From assembly GCA_963662335.2 (NCBI GenBank), contig CAXXVD010000002.1:640001-704000 (forward strand): DNA of 64,000 nucleotides, written 5' to 3'. The DNA comes from Chloroflexota bacterium. GTDB taxonomy: Bacteria > Chloroflexota > UBA11872 > VXOZ01. Of the stretch, positions 18,596-28,653 are shown piece by piece. A program made the position numbers and the translations under genes. Positions within the stretch are counted from its first letter, which is position 1; the number at the start of each line of letters is the position of its first letter. Under the pieces are notes generated by a model that saw nothing but the letters and a program-made list of their open reading frames with translations, was not told the origin of the DNA and did no database searches.

Positions 18596-19882
18596 ATGGG
18601 ACTGCGCGCGATGACGCCGACCGAGCCGGCGAACAATGGCTTCGACGTGAACGCCGTGCGGCAAGACTTCCCAATCTTGGACGTGCAGGTGCACGGCAAG
18701 CCGCTGGTGTACCTGGACAACGCCGCGACTTCGCAGAAACCGCAGGCCGTTATCGACAGCCTGGTGGACTACTATTCGCGCTATAACGCCAACGTGCACC
18801 GCGGCATCTACACGCTCAGCGAGCAAGCCACCGCAGCCTACGAGGAAGCGCGGGCCAAAGTGGCGCGTTTCATCAACGCGCCCTCGCCGGACTGCATCAT
18901 CTTTACGCGCAATACCACCGAGGCCATCAACCTGGTGCGCTATGCCTGGGGGGCCGACAACGTGCGCGCCGGTGACGAAATCCTGGTCTCCGAGATGGAG
19001 CACCACTCCAATCTGGTGCCGTGGCAACTGCTGGCGCGGGAGCAGGAAGCGGTGCTCCACTTCCTGCGGGTCAACAATGAAGGCCGCCTCATGCTGGATG
19101 GGCTCGACGTGCTAATTACCGAAAAGACGCGGCTGCTGGCGGTGACCCACGTCTCGAACGTGCTCGGCACCATCAATCCGGTTAAAGGCATCGCCAAGAA
19201 GGCGCACAAGTACGGCGCGTTGCTGCTGGTGGACGCCGCGCAGAGCGTGCCCCACATGCCGGTGGACGTGCAGGAATTGGACTGCGACTTTCTGGCGTTT
19301 TCCGGCCACAAGATGATGGGCCCCACCGGCGTGGGCGTGCTCTACGCCAAGCCGCACCTGCTCAAGTCGATCCGGCCCTTCCTGGGCGGCGGCAGCATGA
19401 TTCGCAAGGTGATGCTCACGGAGTCCACGTGGGCGGACGCGCCGCAGAAGTTCGAAGCGGGCACGCCCAACATCGCGGACGTCATCGCGCTGGGCGCCGC
19501 CGTGGACTACCTCAGCGAACTTAGCATGGAGCAGGTGCGCGAGCACGAGCGGCAGATAACCCAGTACGCGCTGGATAGACTGCGTGAGGTTTCCGGCATC
19601 AAGCTCTTCGGGCCCTGGGAACTGGATACCCGCGGCGGCGTGGTTTCGTTCGACTTGGACGGTGTGCATCCCCACGACATCGCGCAAATTCTCGACAGCG
19701 AGGCGGTGGCGGTGCGCGCGGGGCACCATTGCTGCCAGCCGCTCATGCGGCGGTTCAACGTCCCCGCCACGGCGCGCGCCAGTTTCTACGCCTACAATAC
19801 CGAGACGGAAGTGGACGCGCTGATACAGGGCTTGCACAAGGCGCAGAGGGTATTTGGCCATGCAGTTGAACGATCTGTATAA
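18596..19882 (+). CDS. sufS: Cysteine desulfurase SufS (alternative start 18611)
   Basis: LVYLDNAATSQKP, FSGHKM, VRAGHHC. Confidence 0.97.
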   Translation: MGLRAMTPTEPANNGFDVNAVRQDFPILDVQVHGKPLVYLDNAATSQKPQAVIDSLVDYYSRYNANVHRGIYTLSEQATAAYEEARAKVARFINAPSPDCIIFTRNTTEAINLVRYAWGADNVRAGDEILVSEMEHHSNLVPWQLLAREQEAVLHFLRVNNEGRLMLDGLDVLITEKTRLLAVTHVSNVLGTINPVKGIAKKAHKYGALLLVDAAQSVPHMPVDVQELDCDFLAFSGHKMMGPTGVGVLYAKPHLLKSIRPFLGGGSMIRKVMLTESTWADAPQKFEAGTPNIADVIALGAAVDYLSELSMEQVREHERQITQYALDRLREVSGIKLFGPWELDTRGGVVSFDLDGVHPHDIAQILDSEAVAVRAGHHCCQPLMRRFNVPATARASFYAYNTETEVDALIQGLHKAQRVFGHAVERSV

Positions 19883-20315
19883 GGAAATCATCCTCGACCA
19901 CTACGAAAGCCCCCACAACCGGGGCCGGCCGCCGCGCGCCGACGTCGAGGCCGAGGGCAGCAATCCGCTCTGCGGCGACGACGTGGAGATCTACGTGCTG
20001 TTCGACGGCGAGCGCCTGCAAGAGGTGCGGTTCGACGGCTCCGGCTGCGCCATTAGCCTGGCGGCGGCGTCGATGATGACCGAGGCGCTGGAGGGCAAGT
20101 CCAAGGCCGAGGTCCAGGAAATCGGCGAACGCTTCAAGGCTATGATGCACGGCGCGGACGTCACGCTGCCGGAAGAGATGGAAGACCTGGAATCCCTGAA
20201 AGGCGTGGCCAACTTCCCCCTGCGCGTCAAGTGCGCCCTGCTGCCGTGGGCGACCCTGGAACACGGCCTGGCCAATGCGGACGCCGGCCGGAGGGTCTCA
20301 ATCGAGGTGGATTAG
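19860..20315 (+). CDS. sufU: SufU scaffold/sulfur-transfer protein
   Basis: NPLCGD, GCAISLA, RVKCALL. Confidence 0.95.
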   Translation: MQLNDLYKEIILDHYESPHNRGRPPRADVEAEGSNPLCGDDVEIYVLFDGERLQEVRFDGSGCAISLAAASMMTEALEGKSKAEVQEIGERFKAMMHGADVTLPEEMEDLESLKGVANFPLRVKCALLPWATLEHGLANADAGRRVSIEVD

Positions 20316-20521
20316 GCAGTCCCGTTGCTCCGCTCGCGTCATACCACTTTCGTAATTCCGCTCGCGTCATTCCGGTCACGGCAATGCGGTCACGGAAGTG
20401 CAGTCATGTCATTCCGAGCGCAGCGAGGAATCTAAGGCGTAGCGCGGGGGCTTGTCCCCCGCCTCTTTGCGTTAATGGACGCGCGCCATCTCGGGCAACG
20501 CCCCCGCGGCGGACTATAACC

Positions 20522-20674
20522 CTACGACCGCGACATGTGGCGCCAGATCCCTCTGACCGCAACCATGATGGCGAGACTGGTCAGGATGGCAATCATGGGC
20601 GCGACCACGAACGGCAATCCGGAAAAGAACCCCCAGACGATAAACCCAATGATGCGCAGCACGATGTCCATCAT
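20522..20674 (-). CDS. Small membrane protein (50 aa)
   Basis: GGAGG RBS; hydrophobic MMDIVLRIIGFIVWGFFSGLPFVVAPMIAIL. Confidence 0.55.
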   Translation of the reverse strand: MMDIVLRIIGFIVWGFFSGLPFVVAPMIAILTSLAIMVAVRGIWRHMSRS

Positions 20675-20872
20675 CAGCAAGATCCTCCGCAAGTGGTAGT
20701 ATGCTTTGAAACATGTGCAGGTAGCATAATGGTACACCACCTGGGAGCGGAGCGCACCTTTGGCCCTTTACGCTGTTGGGTTTCTGGACCTCTGGTTGAG
20801 CGCTTTGGAGATTGAGGGCCATTCCATCGAACGCTGTTGCGCGGCGGATTCGAAACAGAGGAGCGAGCATAC

Positions 20873-21679
20873 ATGGCAGCGAAGATCGGATGTCAGGCGC
20901 GGCTGTGGCTGCGGGAGACGCAGGATATTGGCGGCATCCTGCCGGCTATCGGCAGAGACCTGGCGGCGGCCGGGTACGCCGGCCTGGAAATTGGCTACGC
21001 CTACGTCAACAACCCGCACGACGTTGCCGCCTACCGGCGGGCGGTGGACGGCAACGGGCTCAAGACGGCCGGCATTCACGTGGGCGGCGCCTGGCACGAC
21101 CCTGACGCAGCGCGGGAGAAGGCCATGCCCCAGGCGCGCGCCGCCGCCGATTTCGCCGCGGCAGTGGGCGCGGAACACCTCGTGATCAGCACGGGACGGA
21201 AAGCGGACGGCCGCCTGACGCCGGCGGAAATCGACGCGCAGGTGGCGCATCTTGGCGAACTTAGCGCCTACGCGGCGGCGCGGGGCGTGACGCCGCTGCT
21301 GCACAACCATCAGCACGAATTCGCGCACGGCGCGGAAGTGTTTCGCGCAATCATGGCCGGCGTGGACGCCGCCACGCTCGGCCTCTGCCTGGACGTGAAC
21401 TGGGCCATGTGGGCGGGGGCGGACGGCGCAGCGGTGATGGCAGAATACTACGACCGCCTGCGCATGGTGCACGTGCGCGACACGGTGGGTCATGCGGCGT
21501 GCGTGGAGGTGATGGGAGAAGGCGACGCGGCGCTGGCTGACGTCTTCGGCGCGCTACGCGCGCGGGAGTACCCGCACTGGGCGCTCTACGAGTGGTCGGC
21601 GTGCGACCCGACGACAGACCGCGCCACGGCCGAGATCGCGCGGCTGAACCGCGAATACCTCAGCCAGGCGCTGGGTTGA
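20873..21679 (+). CDS. Sugar phosphate isomerase/epimerase (xylose-isomerase-like TIM barrel)
   Basis: HNHQHEF, LCLDVNW, VHVRD, GEGD, YE metal-binding motifs. Confidence 0.9.
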   Translation: MAAKIGCQARLWLRETQDIGGILPAIGRDLAAAGYAGLEIGYAYVNNPHDVAAYRRAVDGNGLKTAGIHVGGAWHDPDAAREKAMPQARAAADFAAAVGAEHLVISTGRKADGRLTPAEIDAQVAHLGELSAYAAARGVTPLLHNHQHEFAHGAEVFRAIMAGVDAATLGLCLDVNWAMWAGADGAAVMAEYYDRLRMVHVRDTVGHAACVEVMGEGDAALADVFGALRAREYPHWALYEWSACDPTTDRATAEIARLNREYLSQALG

Positions 21680-21756
21680 CGTACAGAAGCGCCGCGGCCA
21701 CCCGTCCAGAGTGCGACACGCTCACCACGAACGGCTTGCCCGGGCGCGGGCAACTG

Positions 21757-21853
21757 CGGAGGCGCATGGGAGTCGAACCCACCCAGGACGGGAGTAGCCC
21801 GCCCCGCAAACGGTTTTGAAGACCGCGAGGCCCACCGGGACCCGAGCGCCTCC
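21757..21853 (-). tRNA. selC: tRNA-Sec (UCA)
   Basis: 8-bp acceptor GGAGGCGC/GCGCCTCC, 6-bp D stem, anticodon loop CTTCAAA, long variable arm, GTTCGACTC T loop, G discriminator. Confidence 0.95.
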
Positions 21854-21958
21854 ACGCTCCAGTCTAGCAGTCTCGGACTTTGCGGGAAATGTCAGCGGTT
21901 TCTCGGTTCCGTACACTAGGCTCGTTCCCGGCGATAGCGTCATAATCAACGACAAGAA

Positions 21959-22135
21959 GCGGGGGACAAGCCCTAATGCTGTCGCAGCGGCGCGAAGACG
22001 AGCCGAAAACTCAATGGCGATGAGAACCACGCCTCGCATCTCAGGTAGGGCAGGTGTGCAATCTGAGCGCATGTAGGGTCAATCCTTTGAGTATGCTTTT
22101 CTCTTGCTCCGGCGGGGGACAAGCCCCCGCGCTAC
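21959..22135 (-). mobile_element. Diverged copy of a ~160-bp composite REP/MITE-like element
   Basis: Reverse complement shares GTAGCGCGGGGGCTTGTCCCCCGCCGGAGC...ATTGACC...TGCGACAGCATTAGGGCTTGTCCCCCGC with the 31121 and 37871 copies. Confidence 0.7.
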
Positions 22136-22417
22136 GGCTGGTCGCTGGGGCGCGAAGGTGTCCCAGCGAGAGCGCTTAGACCGATCACCTCGGAATCTCG
22201 CTCCGCCCGTTGCTGTAGCGGCTCACTTGACAGTCGCTAGCTGGGTTCGGTATCTAAGGTAAGAAGTGTCGATGCGCGTTTGCCTCTCGCCAGATGGTTT
22301 TTGCGCGATTGAGAAGCGCGTGCTCACTATGCCAGCCGGTTGGCGCGGCGAATGGGCGGCGAGCGCGGTATTGCAAGAAGATACGGTACGTCTTTCTGAA
22401 CGATAGCGGAGCCAGCG

Positions 22418-23248
22418 ATGCTTGTCGGTTTCAATCCCCGGTTGCAGCCCTTTCGGCGCATGAGCGTGGCGGAGCAGTTGCAGGAGGCTTTGCATACGGC
22501 GGAGCGGCTTGAGTTCGGGGTGATAGAACTGACCGTGGACGAGGTGGTCTATCGCAAGGGGTTGTGGGACACGTTCACCCACGACGCGCTGGACCTCATC
22601 ACGCACGCCCCCGCGCAATTCCAGGTGAACCTCTTTCCGGACGAAGGTTTCGAAGAAGCGCCGAGCGACGTCAACGCGTTTCCGCGCTCCATCTACCTGC
22701 GGCGCGTGGCGCAGACGATCGAGTTCTTCGAGGCTTACGCGCCCATGTCGCTCTACGTGACGCACGCGGGACGGCGCACACGGCACGTGGACGACCACCT
22801 GCAGGCGCTGGAGGAGGCGTTTCAGGCGCTGTTGGTGCTCTACCCCGGCGTGCCGCTGGCAATCGAGAACGGCGGGCGCGAATCCGTGCTGCATTTCCCG
22901 GATGACTTTCTGACGTTTCTCGACGCGTTGCCGTCGCTGCGGTTCGCCCTGCACACTGGGCGCGCCTTTCAGTCGGTAATGTGGGATAACGAGCAACTGG
23001 CGCGCTACGTGCGCAAGGCGGCGCGCTTCGTCGACCGCCTGGCGGCCATTCGCTGGACGAACGCCAATCCGATTACGGATCCTGACCGACCGCTGCAACT
23101 GGAGCTTGACCGCGCGCCGGACCTGGGGCTGATCATGCGCGGGTTGGGCCGGAACCCGGCCCTGGTGCACGTGCTCGATACGGTTGGCGGCCGGCCGGCG
23201 GCCCTGGCCCGCGAACGCCGGGCGCTGCACGCGCAGGTCTACCGCTAG
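22418..23248 (+). CDS. Hypothetical TIM-barrel (AP endonuclease 2/xylose isomerase-like) protein
   Basis: VTHAG, LAIEN, ALHTGRA resemble degenerate family motifs; TTGACA upstream. Confidence 0.65.
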   Translation: MLVGFNPRLQPFRRMSVAEQLQEALHTAERLEFGVIELTVDEVVYRKGLWDTFTHDALDLITHAPAQFQVNLFPDEGFEEAPSDVNAFPRSIYLRRVAQTIEFFEAYAPMSLYVTHAGRRTRHVDDHLQALEEAFQALLVLYPGVPLAIENGGRESVLHFPDDFLTFLDALPSLRFALHTGRAFQSVMWDNEQLARYVRKAARFVDRLAAIRWTNANPITDPDRPLQLELDRAPDLGLIMRGLGRNPALVHVLDTVGGRPAALARERRALHAQVYR

Positions 23249-23407
23249 ACCGGCCCGGTGGAGCGCGGCGGCGGCAACCCGGCGCCGCGCCTGCGGTATA
23301 ATTCGGGGTGGGAGACGCCCGGCGGCGCCCCGACACCGCCGCATCCGCGCGCGGCCATTGTGCGAATCGGAACAGTGTTGGCATCTAAGCAGGGCGGGGA
23401 AGCCGAA

Positions 23408-23752
23408 GTGGACGAGGCAACCGTGGACAACGCGCTCGCGCGCCTGGAGTTCGACGCACAGGGGCTTGTGCCGGCCGTAATCCAGGACGCGGCCACAAAG
23501 CAGGTGCTGATGCTCGGCTTCATGACGCGGCAGATGCTGGCCAAGACGCTGGAGACGGGACGGGTCTGGTTCTGGAGCCGGAGCCGCCGGGAGCCGTGGC
23601 TGAAGGGCGCTACCAGCGGCAACTACCTGAACGTGGCAGGCGTCTACCGCAACTGCGAAGACAATTCACTGCTCATTCTCGCGCGGCCGGAGGGCCCCAC
23701 CTGCCACACGGGAAACGTAACCTGCTACTACCGCGCGCTGGACGAGGAGTAG
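23408..23752 (+). CDS. hisI: Phosphoribosyl-AMP cyclohydrolase
   Basis: [33 protein letters not shown]. Confidence 0.95.
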   Translation: MDEATVDNALARLEFDAQGLVPAVIQDAATKQVLMLGFMTRQMLAKTLETGRVWFWSRSRREPWLKGATSGNYLNVAGVYRNCEDNSLLILARPEGPTCHTGNVTCYYRALDEE

Positions 23753-23754
23753 CC

Positions 23755-24129
23755 GTGTCTGACGAGAAGAAATGCGACGCGGCGACCGCGGCCGTGCTCG
23801 ACGCGGTCTATCAGACGATCCGCGAGCGGCAGGAGACGCTGCCGGAGGGGTCGTACGTCACGCACTTGCTGCACGGGGGCGTGGATCGGATTGCGCGCAA
23901 GGTGGGCGAGGAGGCGCTGGAGGTAGTGCTGGCGGCCAAGAACGAGACGCCGGACGAACTGACGGCGGAGGTGGCAGACCTCTGGTTCCACTGCTTGGTG
24001 CTGCTGGCGCACAGCGGCCTCACGCCGGCGGACGTCTACGCGGAACTGGCGCGGCGGCACGGCAAGCGCCCGACGTTTCAGAAGAAAGCGGCGGCGCGCG
24101 CCCAATTGCCCGGTTCCCAAGACGTGTGA
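23755..24129 (+). CDS. hisE: Phosphoribosyl-ATP pyrophosphatase
   Basis: [23 protein letters not shown]. Confidence 0.95.
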   Translation: MSDEKKCDAATAAVLDAVYQTIRERQETLPEGSYVTHLLHGGVDRIARKVGEEALEVVLAAKNETPDELTAEVADLWFHCLVLLAHSGLTPADVYAELARRHGKRPTFQKKAAARAQLPGSQDV

Positions 24130-24257
24130 GCCGCCCCCAGCCGCACACGTCTGCTTCACTGCTAGCCTTTCCCCGAGGCGTAAGGGTTCCCTCTCCCCGA
24201 GGCGCAAGCGTTCCCGCTCTCGAGGGAGAGGGTTAGGGTGAGGGGATTCCGCTGTGA

Positions 24258-25127
24258 TTAGGAAGCGCTAGCGGCGGTTGCGGGCTGCCAGCTGGTCTCC
24301 GCGAGCAGGTTCATCAACCCCGCGTGCGCCTGTGCAAAGAGGTCGTGGCCGGTGTGGCCGAAGGAACGGCCCGCCACCAGCAAGTGCGGTTCCAGTGAAA
24401 AGAAGCCGTCGTAGCCGTCGGCTTTCAGCGCGCGCAGGAGTTCGGGCCACTCCGCGCTCCCTTCACCGGCGATGACCACCTTGCCCCGCGGGGATTCCTT
24501 GTCCTTGACGTGCACGTAGCGCAGCCACGGTTTCAGGGCGCGGTAAGCCTCGGTATACGGCTTCACGCCGCAGGCCACGAAGTTTGCCGGGTCCAGCGTG
24601 AGGCGCAGGTTCTCGGCGCCGACCGTTTCGAAGATGTCCTGGCAGCGCGCCGGCGTGTCGCCATAGATGTCGCTCTCGTTCTCGTGCAGGAGCATGATGT
24701 CGCCGCGATGGCGGCGGGCCGCGTCACAGAGCGCCTGGAGGCGGCGCATGACTTCATCCCGGTATTGCGCCGGATCCTCGCCTTCCGGTATGAAGAAGGA
24801 GAACATGCGGATGTTGGCCGTTTCCAGAATATCGGCGGCGCGCAGCGCGCCCTGGAAGCGCTCTAGGTGCGCGGCGAAATCGTCGGTGATCCCAATCTTG
24901 CCGATCGGCGAGCCGATGGCGGAAACGCTCATGCCGCGACTGTCGAGTGCGCGTTTCGCCGCCCGCAGGTCGTCATCGGAAAGGTCGACGATTACGGCCT
25001 TCGGTTTGCCGTTGACGGCAAGATTGCGCACTTCGATGTAATCGATGCCCATGCCCTGCATAGCGTCGAGTTGTGTGCCGAAGTCGTCGGCAATTTCGTC
25101 GCCGAAGCCACTGACTTTGCGGTACAT
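24258..25127 (-). CDS. Sugar phosphate isomerase/epimerase family protein
   Basis: SGFGDEI, GSPIGK, HENE, DPANF, HVKD, SLEPHL. Confidence 0.92.
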   Translation of the reverse strand: MYRKVSGFGDEIADDFGTQLDAMQGMGIDYIEVRNLAVNGKPKAVIVDLSDDDLRAAKRALDSRGMSVSAIGSPIGKIGITDDFAAHLERFQGALRAADILETANIRMFSFFIPEGEDPAQYRDEVMRRLQALCDAARRHRGDIMLLHENESDIYGDTPARCQDIFETVGAENLRLTLDPANFVACGVKPYTEAYRALKPWLRYVHVKDKESPRGKVVIAGEGSAEWPELLRALKADGYDGFFSLEPHLLVAGRSFGHTGHDLFAQAHAGLMNLLAETSWQPATAASAS

Positions 25128-25448
25128 GCTTGAGTCTCCTTATGTGGGAACGGGTGGTAGTGCGTAGCCATTGTAGCGCAGATTGGCGGCGGTTGGAGCC
25201 GAGGCGCGCCCAGGAGCGGGGGACAAGCCCCCGCGCTACGGCCCGGCGGCGGTTGCGCTCGCTGCTCTTCCTCCGCTCAGAGTTGGTATAATGGAGCGGA
25301 CATGCCGTTTCCTGTCTATGGTGATGAACGGGCGGTATCGTGCCGGTGAAGCGCGCTGGGCGGCGGCTAGCGCATGTTCGACGCTTTGGGCGCATGGGCG
25401 CGCGAGCCCGCAGAGTACGGTTTTGCAGTGTGAGGAGAACGCAAGCGG

Positions 25449-25664
25449 ATGGAACAATACCTCCAGATAATCCAGATTATCCTGTCGGTCGCGCTGGTGG
25501 CTGCCGTGCTCTTGCAGGCGCGCGGCGCGGCGCTGGGCTCGGCGTTCGGCGGCTCGGACACCATTCACAACACGCGCCGCGGCGTTGATCGACTGCTCTT
25601 CAACGTCACGATCGGGATCGCGGCGCTCTTCATCATCGTGTCGATCATCCTCGTGCGGATCTAA
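25449..25664 (+). CDS. secG: Preprotein translocase SecG
   Basis: Two TM helices flanking VLLQARGAALGSAFGG...TRRGVD. Confidence 0.93.
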   Translation: MEQYLQIIQIILSVALVAAVLLQARGAALGSAFGGSDTIHNTRRGVDRLLFNVTIGIAALFIIVSIILVRI

Positions 25665-25684
25665 CGCGCGGCTGGGCGTGCAGC

Positions 25685-27421
25685 ATGGCAGGTCGATATT
25701 CGCCGTCCGCGACGAGGCCGCCGTCCGCGGCGCGTTCACCATTTGCAACGCGGTCGCCCGCCTCTTCGCGCATTGCCGGCGCGGTCTTCGTCGGCGGCAT
25801 TGGTTCGCTGCTGGTAGCGGCGCTGCTGGCGTACTTTGCCTATGCCGCCACGGTGGAAGACGTGCCCGATTACGGCGGCACGTACATCGAGGGCACGCTC
25901 GGGCCGCCGTCCACGCTCGTCTCCATCCTTGCCCAGGACGAGACGGCGCGCACCATCTCCCAACTCGTGTTCAACGGCCTCACGGCGTACGCGCCGGACG
26001 GCACGATTGTGCCCGACCTGGCGACCGGCTGGGAAATGGACGCCGAGAGCCGTTCCTACACGTTCTCACTCCGCAGTGACGTAACGTGGCACGACGGCAC
26101 ACCCTTCACGGTGGACGACGTGCTCTTTACGTTCGGTCTCTTGTCGAGCCCGGAGCACGCGCATCCGGTTTGGAGCAACATCGCGGTAGAGCGCCTCGGC
26201 GACCGCGCCGTGCGCATCTACGTGCTCAACAACGTCTACGCGCCGCTCTTGGAGTACGCCACGATTGGCATCTTGCCGCGGCACCTCCTGGATGGAATTA
26301 CGGTCGATCAAATCCCGCTTACGCCGTTCAACTTGCAGCCGGTGGGCACCGGTCCCTACCGTGTGGTTGAGGTAACGGAAGAGTACGCGCTCCTGCGCGT
26401 AAACGAGGTGTACTTCAACGGACGCCCCCGCATCCGCTTCGTCAAGTTCAAGTTCTACCCCAACGCCAAGGCGACCATTACGGCGCTGGAACGCGGCGAG
26501 GTGGAAGGCGTGAGTTACTTGCCGCCGGCGGAAGCGGGCCGCGTGGAGGCCATGGCCGACGTGCAGGCGTACAGCGCGCCGTTGGCCGGCTATACGGTGC
26601 TCTACTTCAATCTGCGCCGCGACCAGTTCTACGAGCGCACCGTACGGCACGCGATTGCCCACGCCATCGACCGCGACTACCTGGCGCGCGAGGTGCTGGC
26701 GGGGGCCGCGGAGCCGCTGGAAAGTCCGATCTTGCCGCTCTCGTGGGCCTACTTCGAAGACGTGGCCCGCTATCCGTACGACCCGCAGAAGAGTAGGGCG
26801 CTCCTGGATCAAGCCGGCTGGACGATTGGCGCGGACGGTGTGCGCGGCAAGGAGGGCAAGCGCCTCTCGCTCACGCTGCTGACCGTGGACGCGCCGGACC
26901 AAATCAGGCTGGCGGAAGCGGTCGGGGAGCAATTGGCGGCGGTGGGCATTGCGGTTGACGTGCAGGCGGAACGCCCCGCAGGGTTGCTCAGAGACTATCT
27001 CTTGACCCGTGAATTCGACATCGCGTTGTACACGTGGCTGCTCAAGGGCTTGGACCCCGATCCGTACGTGACGTGGCATTCGAGCCAGATCCAGAGCGGC
27101 TGGAACTTTGCCGGATTTATCGATCCCCGCGTGGACGAGGCGCTGCAGAATGCGCGCCACACCTTGGATCAGAGTGAACGCAAAGTGATGTACGCGGACT
27201 TCCAGCGCATGTTTGCCGAGGAGGCGCCGAGTTTGATGCTGCTTACGCCGCGCTATAGCTTTGCCGTGCGCACGACCGTGCGCGGCGTGAGCGTGCCCAT
27301 GGTGCTGCCGACCGTGGAATCCCGCTTGGCCGAAATCGACCGGTGGTACATCAAGACCAGGAAGAACGTCACCCGCGTGCGCTCGCCCCTGGAGGGCTGG
27401 CGGCTGCCGTTCTTTGGCTAG
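25685..27421 (+). CDS. Peptide ABC transporter substrate-binding protein (family 5), N-terminal membrane anchor
   Basis: VPDLA..W, WHDGTPFTVDDVLFT, PVGTGPY, VRHAIAHAIDR. Confidence 0.93.
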   Translation: MAGRYSPSATRPPSAARSPFATRSPASSRIAGAVFVGGIGSLLVAALLAYFAYAATVEDVPDYGGTYIEGTLGPPSTLVSILAQDETARTISQLVFNGLTAYAPDGTIVPDLATGWEMDAESRSYTFSLRSDVTWHDGTPFTVDDVLFTFGLLSSPEHAHPVWSNIAVERLGDRAVRIYVLNNVYAPLLEYATIGILPRHLLDGITVDQIPLTPFNLQPVGTGPYRVVEVTEEYALLRVNEVYFNGRPRIRFVKFKFYPNAKATITALERGEVEGVSYLPPAEAGRVEAMADVQAYSAPLAGYTVLYFNLRRDQFYERTVRHAIAHAIDRDYLAREVLAGAAEPLESPILPLSWAYFEDVARYPYDPQKSRALLDQAGWTIGADGVRGKEGKRLSLTLLTVDAPDQIRLAEAVGEQLAAVGIAVDVQAERPAGLLRDYLLTREFDIALYTWLLKGLDPDPYVTWHSSQIQSGWNFAGFIDPRVDEALQNARHTLDQSERKVMYADFQRMFAEEAPSLMLLTPRYSFAVRTTVRGVSVPMVLPTVESRLAEIDRWYIKTRKNVTRVRSPLEGWRLPFFG

Positions 27422-27435
27422 AAGGGAAGGATAGC

Positions 27436-28227
27436 GTGCCGGACCCGCAGATTCCAACCGTGCAGATCGTTGCTATCGGCACCGAACTTGTGCTAGGCCG
27501 CATTCAAGACACCAATTCATTCTGGCTGGCGCAGCAGCTTACCGACTTGGGCGCGGAGGTGCGGCGCATTACGGTGCTGCCGGATGAATTGGACGACATC
27601 GTCGCCGCGCTCGATCGCGCCGCCGCCGACGGCGCGGACTTCGTGGTGGCTACCGGCGGCCTCGGCCCCACGCCGGACGACATCACGGTGGAGGCGCTGG
27701 CGCGGCTGCTGGACGTGGGCGTGTACGAGGACCCACGACTACTCGAGGACTACATGCGGCGGCGGCAGATCGGCGCGGACGAACTCAGCCCCGGTATGCG
27801 CAAGATGGCGACGGTGCCGGAGAGCGCCGTCGTGTGGGCGAGTCCCGCCGGCTGGGCGCCGTGCATCCAATTGAGAAAAGCGAACACCACGTACTTCGTG
27901 CTGCCGGGCCCGCCGCGCGAGATGGAGGCGCTCTTCGAGCGTTTCGTAGCCACCGCCATCTCGGAGTCGCTGGAGGTCAGAAGCGCCGCCCGCCGCGTGT
28001 TCGTGAACATGAGCGAGTCTGAATGCTCGCCGCTCATCGAGGAGGCAATGCGGCGGTTTCCCGGATTGTACGCCAAGGCCTACGTGGCCTTGCGCAGCGA
28101 CACGCACCTGCCGGTGGACTTCGTGGCGCGCGCGGCCTCCGACCGGGAGGCGCGGGAGATGCTGAGCGGCGCAATCGACTTGTTCTCCGCCGGGGTGAAA
28201 GAATTGGGCAAGGATATTCACTATTAG
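27436..28227 (+). CDS. CinA N-terminal/molybdopterin-binding domain protein
   Basis: IGTELVLGRIQDTN, TGGLGPTPDDIT, LPGPPREM. Confidence 0.9.
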   Translation: MPDPQIPTVQIVAIGTELVLGRIQDTNSFWLAQQLTDLGAEVRRITVLPDELDDIVAALDRAAADGADFVVATGGLGPTPDDITVEALARLLDVGVYEDPRLLEDYMRRRQIGADELSPGMRKMATVPESAVVWASPAGWAPCIQLRKANTTYFVLPGPPREMEALFERFVATAISESLEVRSAARRVFVNMSESECSPLIEEAMRRFPGLYAKAYVALRSDTHLPVDFVARAASDREAREMLSGAIDLFSAGVKELGKDIHY

Positions 28228-28241
28228 GGCTGGCTGCAACA

Positions 28242-28466
28242 CTAGGATGATTCATCTACAGATCTGATCAATGCGCCATCTTGCTTTTCTTTCAGCGCCT
28301 CGCTGACCAGGAAGTCCAGGTTCCCCGCTTCCGAGTCTGCTTCCAGTTGACTATCCCACCTCTGCCAATCCATTTCGTCGAAGAACCACCGCCTCAAGTG
28401 AGCATAGTCGGACTCAGGCATATTCAAGATAGTGTGTTTGAGTTCCTCTAGTTCTGACACTGACAC
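28242..28466 (-). CDS. Small antitoxin-like hypothetical protein
   Basis: AAGGAG RBS, GTG start, lower GC; WFF.EMDWQRWDSQLEADSEAGNLD pattern. Confidence 0.65.
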   Translation of the reverse strand: MSVSELEELKHTILNMPESDYAHLRRWFFDEMDWQRWDSQLEADSEAGNLDFLVSEALKEKQDGALIRSVDESS

Positions 28467-28653
28467 TCTTCGCGCTCCTTGAATTACGCCGCAACGCACA
28501 GCGCCACTATAGCGGACTGAAGCACAGCCACACCTGGGTTCCTGCCAGCGCCGGCAAGTACAGTCTTCACGCGAATGGTTTTCGGCCAAAGTCTCGCCAA
28601 GGGACATTCTCGTCATGCGGCGCGGCTGGATACACCGCACTACCCGGGCTTCA

